A stretch of 64,000 nt of DNA, from the NCBI GenBank assembly GCA_950097015.1, contig CATNEN010000039.1:10168001-10232000 (forward strand), in the 5' to 3' direction. This stretch comes from Macrostomum hystrix. Taxonomy: Eukaryota > Animalia > Platyhelminthes. The notes below the pieces were generated by a model. That model had not been told where the DNA came from. It worked only from the letters and a program-made list of their open reading frames with translations, and did not search any database. A program made the translations under genes and the position numbers. Below are positions 12,928-23,200 of the stretch, piece by piece (positions within the stretch are counted from its first letter, which is position 1; every line of letters starts with the position of its first letter).

Positions 12928-14349
12928 TCAAGACAGTTGGGTAATACGATCGAAATTAATCTCACAACAAAGAGTTCACGAGAAGTAACGAATCCTGTAG
13001 AGGTAGCTCGACTGTTTTAACTGACTTTGTACTTTTATCGCTAACTTTTGTCGCAGAACTGCACAAGTTTAAAGGCTGTGAAGATATTTGCGTATAACAA
13101 AATATCGCTCCTTTTATTGCACTTTAAATTAAACAACAAGACAAATCGCTATAAACGCAAAATTTTAACACCGGTTTGACAAACTGAATTTTTCCGCCAG
13201 ATAATTATTTATTTACTATCAACTCGCATATTATTGTTTACTAACATTGTGGTGAATGATAGCGATAAAAAACAAACAGGAAGTGTAGTTAGTATCGTAG
13301 TTAAAACCTTAGTAGAAATCGTAGCTGCAGCCATAGTAGGAATCGTAGCTGGAGCAGCAACTAGAATCGTAGCAGGAGCCGTAGCTATAAACGCATCAAG
13401 AGTAGCCTAGGAGCTGCGTTACAACCTGCAATAACAGTTGATAAATTAAAGCTGTTTATATTGCTGTTGCTTTAAATATGCTTATAAATAAAAAGCAATT
13501 TAAATATAGAGGTTGCTAAAATGTAGGGTAAGTATCGCAATAAGCGTTCCAACGTTTGTATTTGAGGTTAAAAAAATGTTTCAACACTTTAAAAAGCATC
13601 CACAATTGCAGTTTATTTAACTACTAGAATACAAGTTTTAAGGAAAAAATCGAGAAAAAAGTACAAATAAAGACTAGAATCGACCAGAGAATGCATGCAG
13701 AGCTGAATCTTGACTGTCTGTTTAATCAAAAACGGTTGATTAAAAGTAGAAATATTTGCGATTCACTTTCTTATAATTTCAAAAAAGTTTTGAAAAAACT
13801 AAATATAGAGTAAAGTTGAGTTAGGAAATAAACATATAGGTACGCTCGTAATACAAACTGAAACTGATTTACTGATATTAACTGATAAAACAAAAGTACT
13901 ACTGTCAGTAGCGTCTGGCATTTTTATATTGAAATAAAGAAAGATAACAGAACTAACACTCCCCCCAAGAGGTAAGGTAAATAATTGCAATAAAAGGTAG
14001 AATACAGAGACTCAAGGACAACACGCGCATTAAAACCGAAAGAAGCAGAGAAATTGTTAATTGATTTTTATCGGCTTTGAAGAAATTATGAAATTTCCTT
14101 TTAGCATAGCTACTAATCGCTCCGCTTCTTTTGTGGAAAGACTGCAATACAGCGTCTATAGTTCTTTTAAATATATAAGATACCTATCATGATTCCGATA
14201 CTCTCGGATACACGTAAAAATTTTTAGCTCCAGGTAAAAATAAATTCCGTTTGTAAAAGTAAAGTAGACTAAAAAACTGAATACTCTACAAAAAGCATTT
14301 TAGTACTGATACTGAGCTAATATTCTAATCAGTGAATTAACAACAAAAC

Positions 14350-14555
14350 AACGCAATCCTAGTGTTTAGAACGTCGGGCACGCGACTTGTAGGTCGGGGG
14401 TTCGATTTCCGACTAAACTGCAATAATTTGTGCCCTTTAGCAAGACACTCTTAATTCTGCTTTGCTAGAGTTCACCCAGCTACGGTGTGGATGGATACCA
14501 GGATCACCTATTTATGGTGTGGCGTCCCCCAGTCCATGGACTGAACAGCCGTACG
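14350..14555 (+). mobile_element. tRNA-derived SINE-like element
   Basis: A-box-like TAGTGTTTAGA, B-box GGTTCGATTTCC, then TGTGCCCTTTAGCAAGACACT...TTCACCCAGCT, which resembles conserved SINE central domains. A related copy lies at 28489-28553. Confidence 0.6.
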
Positions 14556-14744
14556 CAGTCTGTAGTTGCGCCGCGCAATAGTAGCGGCTGTTGGCTGCAC
14601 ATTGGGGAAGGATGATATTATTACTGCCCTCAATATATGAACTACATAAAATAGAACATTTAAAACTGCAGCTATTGTCCGAGTCTTTCCATCCAAACAG
14701 ACCAAATTAAGCATTGTTCAGCATTAGATATTGGCTTAGAAACT

Positions 14745-15011
14745 CTAAGCCTGCCGACGCACGCGTTTAGTGCCGGTGACAAAGATGACGCCCTGTACCA
14801 GGAGCCAGAAAGCGCACAGAATGGCATAGCAGACGACTAGCGAGACGCCGCAGTGCAGGCCAATGTGAAACTCGCTAGTGTCGTACAGAATGTAAGTCCC
14901 CGGGTCGGCCAAGCCCTGCTTCAGAGTGACGCCGCTGACTGGGCGCCAAGGGGCAACAGTCAGCACTAGCAGCAGAGAGGACAGGATAGATGCAACAGAT
15001 TGAGCAGGCAT
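14745..15011 (-). CDS. 88-aa small membrane protein (signal peptide plus one TM helix, basic tail)
   Basis: GC-rich ORF in AT-rich surroundings. Hydrophobic N-terminus (ASILSSLLLVLTVA), TM segment (GVSLVVCYAILCAFWLLVQGVIFV) and KRVRR tail. Acceptor CTTTCAG lies 32 nt upstream of the ATG. Confidence 0.6.
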   Translation of the reverse strand: MPAQSVASILSSLLLVLTVAPWRPVSGVTLKQGLADPGTYILYDTSEFHIGLHCGVSLVVCYAILCAFWLLVQGVIFVTGTKRVRRQA

Positions 15012-15321
15012 GATTGGCTTAGCTTCCGATTCGATAAAACGAGCTGAAAGTGGCCGTCATTATATTTAAATAGGTTACACAAATGCATTGATTCTAGACG
15101 TCTGCCTGAAGCAAATAATAATTTATCTTGAAGCTAATGTAAGCTATTAAATTAAGGAAATGAAAAAAACCCGATACAAAGCAAATTCCAGACAGCTAAA
15201 AATCAGCTCAATGTTCGGTTCAAACAGCATGACAAACAGTTGGCCTAAACAAGCATTCTATTTCTGCGCGTGTATTTATCAGGCTTCAGTCAGCAATCCA
15301 TCCCCACAGGTCACTCGCTTT

Positions 15322-15669
15322 CTAGGCTTCAGTCTTGGTAGTCTTGGTATAGATGAACTGAGAATGGTGCTTCGACACCGGCTTGATGAGGCCCTTGTGC
15401 TCCAGCTCGAGCAGAGCAGCCCGAGCCAGGCTGACGCGAACCTTCAGGCGCTCGCTAACAACCGATGGAGTGATGAGCTTGTAACTGGGCACCTCCTTGT
15501 AGAGCTTATCGTAGGTGGCCTTGTCAAACAGACACATGTTGTTGAGCTTGTCACGCACTTTTCCTTTGGACCACTTCTTTTTCTTGGCCTTGCCGCCGCT
15601 GGAGCCGGTGTCCTTCTTCTTGGCTGGGGCCGCCTTCTTTGGGTCAGCCTTCTTGTCCTTTGGCGGCAT
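15322..15669 (-). CDS. RPS25: 40S ribosomal protein S25 (eS25)
   Basis: MPPKDKK...[20 protein letters not shown]...[39 protein letters not shown] has no intron; 5'UTR acceptor at 15694-15693. Confidence 0.98.
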   Translation of the reverse strand: MPPKDKKADPKKAAPAKKKDTGSSGGKAKKKKWSKGKVRDKLNNMCLFDKATYDKLYKEVPSYKLITPSVVSERLKVRVSLARAALLELEHKGLIKPVSKHHSQFIYTKTTKTEA

Positions 15670-17466
15670 TCTAAACTGGCTGCGAACTAGAGCTGCAAAA
15701 AACGTACAAAGTACAAATACAAAAGATATTAGACTTCATATAGTTACATAATTACTTGCACTTTAAAAGATTAGAGGGTGACATAATAATGTCAGCCAAA
15801 AAGTAAAAAAGAACTCATTAAATAAATACATAATATACTAAGGTCTCACTACAACTGCCATTTTATTATTCTGAAAATAAATAAATAAATAAATATACAC
15901 TAAATTAAGTTATATGTATTCAAACAACTAATGTGACTAACCTAGAAAAAACTTTGGTTAATTGCTTTGTTTTGTAATTACAAGGTTGGACAAAATCTAA
16001 ACTTGGTCTCTGAAAAAAACTAGGATCCCAACACTGACCAATAGAAATTTGATTCCAAATTCTAAAAATAAGGATCTTGATTCTATGCAACTGATCCTTA
16101 AACTAGAATCCAAATTGGGAAAAACTAAACTTTAGGAATCAGGATATGTTCAACATTGATTTTCCAAAGTAAATATGTGTGTTAGATAAAAAAACTCATA
16201 TTAAATGTATAAGTTCAAGTATTTTACCAATGTATTATAAAACATGATAAGAATAACTAGCCATGTAGGCCTAATATATATACATATATATATAAACTAC
16301 GTAATATATCACGTTCAATGATTGCTTGACAGCTATTGTATTGCATGACATTTTCATTCATTTTCCAATAATCTTAAATATCAAAATGACTTATAAAAAG
16401 TTGATCAGCCAGGTTCCAAATCTTTAGGAGCTTTCTAAAGACCAATAGTATTTTTATTTTGCTAATTAAATTGTGGAAATTTCTCCAAGCAGAAAATAAA
16501 CTGAAACAAGTTCTTACTAAACAAGGATTATTAAATAAACAAATTCAATAGATTCTTTATATTTAGACAGAACATTTGCAGTTTAGTCAAATAAATTAGG
16601 GCTTAATTTCATCCTAATTGCCCATTCCATTACAAATTAATGCTAGGCCTATAGAAAATGATCTAGCATAAATGGCCATAGTACTATTGATAAAAAATAT
16701 TTCTGACTAAGAAATCAAAGTAAGGCTGCATTACAGTGAGTAGCAGAACACTGAGCAGTTAGGCCCCTAATACATTTGCCCCTTGTACCACCTGAGCCCA
16801 ATTCCAGAATGAGGCCACATTAATTTGGGGCATAGCTGCAGAGACATAGAGAAGGCATGGGATCCTGTCATGCAATTTATACCATTGAGGGCTAATCTAA
16901 GAAGTGTATTTGCCAAAGAGGTCATTTAATGATGAGGCTTTTGCTAGTGGTCTTGTGTCAGAATTGTCAGCACCCTGACTTTCATACCATGCTGGATGCC
17001 CCTAAGCCAAACCACAAACCTTAAGTTCCCGCTAATGGCCTAGTAGACAAGGCCATAAGCAAGCCAAATCTTTATGCAAGTGACAAGGCAGCAATGTGTA
17101 TAGGCCTAATTTAGCAGATTATGAGCATGACGGCGGAAGGAGCATTGCTTATAAATTAGGTATGTAATTATTTTATTGAGAAAGCGATCATTGTCGTTGA
17201 TGGCTGTCAGTGTTAGTGTAGGCTAGCTATGATGATACCTTGAGACTGGATTACATAATAGCGTATTGTTGATACAATTCAACTCGACAGATTTATAGAA
17301 ATTGACAGCTTTGGAGGAAGTCTACTAAAGAGTATTGGATCACATGCGTTTATAGAAGTGGCAGCTGTCTTTGACCGTTTTCGGCCAAGCCGTTGGTAAC
17401 GGCAGTGACGGCTTACAACAGCTGTCAAGTTCAAGTAGTATAGATAGGTTAATCAACAACTTAAAC

Positions 17467-17969
17467 GGTAACAGGACAATTCGGTAACAGACAATTCGGT
17501 AACAGACAGTTCGGTAACACCACAGGACAGTTCGGTAACACCACAGGACAGTTCGGTAACATATCAAGGGACAGTTCGGTAACAATTTATTAACCTAGCT
17601 TGTAGAAGCCAAGGTTACCGCTTCGCGCCCTCTGATTGAGTTGATTGTGATAACCTTCCGGGCCATTGTTGGTTCGAATGCTGCGGTTGAAAACGCTAAC
17701 TTCGTCGAGCTGCCAGACATGACTGTGGATCCACGTGTTAGCGATGTAATCACAGAGTGCGCTCAGCTGCTCATTTTCTACTGCCTGTTGCAACCTAGCA
17801 TCGTTGCTAGTCCCAGCAACGATAGTAGATACATTGTTAGAACAAACCTAGATTGATTTTATTGACTTTCAATTGTTACCGAACTGTCTCCTGTATGTTA
17901 CCAAACTGTCCTTGAGTGTTACCGAACTGTCTGTTACCGAACTGTCTGTTACTGAACTGTCCTGTATTC
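17467..17969 (-). mobile_element. Internally deleted Mutator-like (MULE) element with repeat-built TIRs, in RPS25 intron 1
   Basis: Inverted arrays of GGACAGTTCGGTAAC at both ends. Imperfect 8-bp TSD ACTTAAAC/AGTTAAAC. Internal fragment 17590-17793 carries the MULE transposase motif Y..NTW...W...RTNNGPEGYHNQLN. Confidence 0.8.
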
Positions 17970-18108
17970 AGTTAAACAACATCTTATTCAGATTGACAGA
18001 TAAAATTTTCCGATTTAAATAAATTTTTGTCTGTAAGACAATGTGTATACAAATTACTTTTTGATTTAAAGTTTTTGTTTTATAAAATCCACAATACTTA
18101 AAAATTAC

Positions 18109-18161
18109 CTGACGTAAGTTTTACAAGTGCTTTTTAGTTTTTTTTGATATAACGAAAAGAG
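18109..18161 (-). promoter_or_regulatory. Putative TCT/5'TOP initiator and non-coding exon 1 of RPS25
   Basis: Minus strand CTCTTTTC (18161-18154), typical of ribosomal protein TSSs, followed by donor CAG|GTAATT at 18109/18108 that would pair with acceptor TTTTGCAG at 15693. Confidence 0.55.
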
Positions 18162-19476
18162 CCACAAGCATAATTTTAAATTACTTAAATGCTAGCATTA
18201 AAATTTTTCAATTTTAAAATTGATTATGAGCTCGATATTCAAATTTTTCCATTATAATCATAAGGGGCAAGTAGGCGAGGTGCAACGTCTACTACATAAA
18301 CATATAAGCAACTTATTAAATAAGTAATCTGCCTTCTGCCTTGTGAAGGAATCAAGAACAAGTCTTTACCATGAAAACTTAGATGGCCAGTAAGGCAGCA
18401 GCGAGATGTATCTAATGGCGTAGGCCTATATCCAATGGCGTTCCAGTCCCTTTGTCTGTCGTCATCTCGTCTGCCAACAGACAAGTTGACGACTTGGCCA
18501 ACTTGGCCTTGCCCTTAACTGAAATGAGAAGAAATTGCTATGATGCCAGTGTACATGCCAGAGTGTCGATGTAAGATCGGCAGACTTTAAGCGAATTTGA
18601 TCATGTCAGTGTGTGTCATGATTTTGGTTTCTTTTTGTTGCAGTCCATTTTGAGGTTTACATGAACCTGCTAGCCATAGCCCAAAGCAGACGACATTGTT
18701 TTAATTGCCCTTTTGGCAGATAAGCTCGAATGTAGTTGCTTTTGAGGACAAGTTAATTGCAGACATGATTCCAACAGACAAAAAGACTAGAAACCTGTTG
18801 TTGCATTGCAGCATGCATGCCATTGTATAATGTCTAGTACCACAGTTGGAATGTTGGCCTAGATAGAAAATATCAATCTAAAATAATGAAAAAAGGAATG
18901 AATCTTAATTAAGATGTAGGTCTATCTTTAGGCCAGACTAGGCCCTACCTATAAATTGGCATGTATACCAATTGGGCAGGCAATTTACTAGGGCCTAGTG
19001 GCACTAGGCTAGTGCATGGCCAATTTTTTGGGCATATTTTACTTGATCCAGACTATAGCTTAGGCCTACTATAATTTTTTATTTATAAATTTATAGTGCC
19101 AGTCTGTTAACTGCCATTTAGTCAAATATGTTGATGAAGTAAACTCACATAATTTTGGCCATAATCTTTTTAAGCATTGGCTATGCTCTATTTTTCAGCC
19201 TAAAAGTAAGCTAGTTTGGATTTAAGCTGTTTAGTCCACTTGTAAAATTAATAGAATAATACAAGTTGATTATTAAATTTAAGAATAAGGAAAAATGCAC
19301 AATTATTAGATTTAGGCCCCTACATTTTTTATTTTAGCACAAATACAAAGAAAATTTTTGCCTGATACAAGTACATGTTGTAATAGTATGCTCAGAATAG
19401 TGTTTCTAGTAGAGCATCCTGAAACCATATAGTTTTTGCAGTATTCAGTTTGTTCTACTTACTAATTAATTTCAAA

Positions 19477-20018
19477 GGCAGTGCTTATCCCCACGGTACC
19501 GTAGAAATATTTTTTGTCTTATTCCTACGGTACCATGGGAATAATTTCCTGCTTATCCGCTTGGTACACTGACGAGATAGCTGTCCTATCTTCAACATAT
19601 TCCGTGGGAATAATTTTTCCTGCTTATCCGCACGGCACACTGACAACCTATTTTAACTTGGCCTAGAATAAAGTAATAGACTGGATTATAGACTTAGAAG
19701 GCTTGAGCTATAAGATTAGAAAAATACACACTTCAGTTGTATTCTTTTAAATATATAAATAATAGAAATATATATTTTATATACTTAAAAAAGCCACCGT
19801 ATTAGGTAACTACTTGCGAAAAAAGCAGAAAACTTAAATTTGTTTACTTGCTTTTAAAAACTGGAAGAAAAAAGGAAAATTGCAGTCATGATAAAAAGAT
19901 AGATGATAGGACAGCTATCTCGTCAGTGTGCCATGTGGATAAGCAGGAAATTATTCCCACGGTACCATAGGAATAAGACAAAAATTATTTCTAGGGTACC
20001 GTGGGGATAAGCACTGCC
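19477..20018. mobile_element. Non-autonomous Mutator-type MITE, 542 bp
   Basis: About 113-bp TIRs (GGCAGTGCTTATCCCCACGGTACC... / ...GGTACCGTGGGGATAAGCACTGCC) and a perfect 9-bp TSD AATTTCAAA at 19468-19476 and 20019-20027. Confidence 0.9.
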
Positions 20019-20293
20019 AATTTCAAAAGCAAAGCAAAGCAGATCACAAAAGTTGTTAGACATTTTTGGCTGATTGTTGACTGTAGTTTTCACTTCAATT
20101 TCTTTTCTTCTTTCTATTGTAAATGTATGTAACCATCTGACTGATGTAAATGAACCGATAGTTCTATGTGATGAACGAAAGTTCAAACTCCTTTGAAAAT
20201 AGTTGAAAATTTCTACACAGTCCGTTAGTTCAACAATTCGTTTTATTTTATACTTTCCAGCAGTCTGGTCACACAACTACCGCACCGTGTAAG

Positions 20294-23200
20294 ATGGAAG
20301 CTCCCCAAAACGCATCCGCCACCATCGGCAGTCTGGCTTCTTCAGCCAATAATGCCGCCGCTGCAGCAGCTGGCGAACTATTGTCAGCTGGCCGCCTATC
20401 AGCTGAAGAGATGGATGAACGCCGACGCACCCAGCTAGCCTATCAGTACCTGTGCCGCCTAGAGGAGGCCCGGGTCTGGCTAGAGGCCTGCATTCGGGAG
20501 TCCCTACCGCCAGCTGGAGAGCAGCTTGAAGCCTGTCTGCAGAATGGCGTAGCCCTGGCTAAGCTGGCGCACGCGTTCGCGCCGCGCCTAGTGCCTCTAA
20601 AATCAATATTCGATTCCCGGCAGGAGCGTTTCCTAGCTCGCGGCTTGGATTTTCGTCACACTGATAATATCAATCATTTTCTGCGTGCCCTTCAGCACAT
20701 TGGCTTGCCTAGAAACTATTGGCCAGAGACCACAGACATTTACGATGGCAGGAATATGCCCAAGCTGGTCTATTGCCTGCACGCCCTTGGTGCATTCTTA
20801 TTTCGCAGCGGTCGAGCCGCTAGGATTGAAGACCTGTACGGCAAGGTCACATTCTCCGAGGCCGAGATTAGTGCCGTCACCAAGAGTATCAGCGCTGACC
20901 AGGTGCGCTAATCTACCAAGTTTCAGGGCTTTTCAGCTTTGGCCGAGTATTCTGGGCTACTTCCGCTTCTTTTGGATCACTTCCACCAAGTCTTCAGAGC
21001 TGCTTCCATCGAGCCTTCAGGGCCGCCTCCACCAAGTCTTCAGAGCTGCTTCCATCGAGCCTTCAGCGCCGCTTCCACCAAGTCTTCAGGGCTGCTTCCA
21101 CCAAGTCTTCAGGGCTGCTTCCATCGAGCCTTCAGGGCCGCTTCCATCGAGTCTTTAAATTAGGAAGCTTCAATAGGGTCTTCAGGGCCACTTCCATCGA
21201 GCCTTCAGGGTCACTTTCACCTAGTCTTCAGGGCTGCTTCCATCGAGCCTTCAGGGCCGCTTCCACCAAGTCTTCAGGGCTGCTTCCATCGAGTCTGGCT
21301 GAAGTCTGTCGGAAGTCTTCAGGGCCACTTCCATTGAGTATTTAGGGCCACTTCCGTCGAGTATTCAGAGCCACTTCGTCGGGTCTTCAGCGCCACTTCC
21401 GTCGAGTATTCAGATCCACTTCCATCGGGTCTTCAGGGCCCCTTCCACCTTCGCGGGAACTTATTTTGGCTATCGAGGGCCAAAGACACATTGAATTCTT
21501 TAGAACCACTAAACCAATGTTTTCATTTTCACCCAATACTAACAATTAGTAACGCACTTCTCGTCGCACTATCTCTCGCAGATGAGCAAATTTCGCAACA
21601 TTGGCGACGAGATCCTTGGCGAAGAGAATAAAGAAAATCTACCATCCGACGGCAGCGTTTCCCAGGTTGACTACAGAGCCATTGAAGAGGCCGCCCAGCG
21701 CGGCCAAGCCGACCGACTAGTGCACCTGCTAGTCAGCCAGTGCCCCAACCTGCCAGTCAGGATGGAGTGCGCTCAGCACTACTTAGCTGCGCTACAGGTG
21801 AGTAGTATCGGCAGTATGCTTTGAATAACTAACCAAATTCGGTGAAAGTTGGGCGTGATTTACATGAAAGATTTTATATTATTCAGGCATTCAAACGGCA
21901 GCACGCGCTTCACCATGGCAAGCCTCAATCGCCAAGATCGCCCGCCTCGCCGTCTGTGGCCGCTTCTAACCAGTCTCTCGATATGGCCGCGCTGACGCGC
22001 TGCGTTACCAAGGGCAATCGAAGCTGGGAGAGAGAACGCGACACCCTACAAGTGGTAGCGTCAATCAATGCCTCTCTAGTTGCCGACTGCGATGCCAACG
22101 CCGAGGCGGACAGCTTGACTGCGTCGCTTTTGTCGCGCCGATCGGCCGGCCTGCCAACTCTGCTCTGGTCTGAGGATCATCGAGGCCGCCAATTGTACAG
22201 GCGGGAGCTGCGCTCTGCCCGCACTGAGAAGGGCTCAGATTTGAGCAGAGAAGAGCTGGAGCTTCTAGTCTTCATCGTTAACAAGGTTGGTTAGGAGAGC
22301 TTAACAGAGGTCTTTCTGCTGAGTCTAAGCTTGCAGTCTGAGCTGAAATCTATCTATTTGTACTTTTAAACCCCATCAACACATCCACATAGGTCGGCGC
22401 CGTCAATGACGCCGTGGGTCTCTACTGTCACCATGGCGACGGAGCCACTAAGCGTCTTCTAGCCGCTCTTAGCGAGCCCGAGCTGAATTTTGACACCGTC
22501 TCAGTTGACTTAGTCGGTGAGTACGCTCGTCAACTTGCCGCCGAATCTTCGTCAGCATCCCCTAGCCCAGCCACCGATGGTTCCCATGCCAACGATCGCT
22601 GGCTGACGCATCGCGAAATTGCCCGCTGTCTAGTAAAGGTCAATCGGAATCGTCGGCAACAGCTGCAGCAGCAGCATCAGCTCGCTAGTAGCGAAGCTGA
22701 TCAGCGAGAAGCTCGCCAACTGCGCGCTATTCGCGAGCTGAATACCCGCCTCCGAGCCAAAGTCGCTGCTGACACAGCCGACGATAGCGCTGCCGACAGC
22801 TCCGATGTCTTCAATGACGACGCCCAAGATGCATCGATAATGCACGCCTGTCTGGCTGACGCTCTTCAAGAGTCGCTGGAGCCGGATGTTGGCGAACTTT
22901 GCCTGGCCCTGCTGCGCGACCGCGCCGTTCACCAGCTGGCGGAGCGCGACCTCTGGCTGCAGGACCTGCAGGACTGCCGCCGTGAGGCCAGCAGGCTGCT
23001 TGGCGAAGCTCGCGATCTAGTCGACTGCCTCTGGCGACTAGAGGCCACATTGGCTGCTTGCGCTGACGAACTTGACAACAAATTTGGCAACGTCAGCAGC
23101 GGCGCCGCTGGTGCCGCCGTCTCCCTGCTGGCTGACACTCGGCTCCGCTTGGGCGTGCCGGTGCTGAAGGCTCTCGCTGGCGCCTATCTCGACCGCCTGC

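Noticed and set aside
14360-14415. tRNA gene
   Set aside because: It has A/B-box-like motifs but no cloverleaf and continues into SINE-like sequence.
15160-15751. Plus-strand 176-aa and 78-aa ORFs
   Set aside because: Antisense shadows of RPS25.
16925-16985. C/D box snoRNA-like ATGATGA...CTGA near RPS25
   Set aside because: It is antisense to the RPS25 intron, short, and has no terminal stem or recognisable guide.
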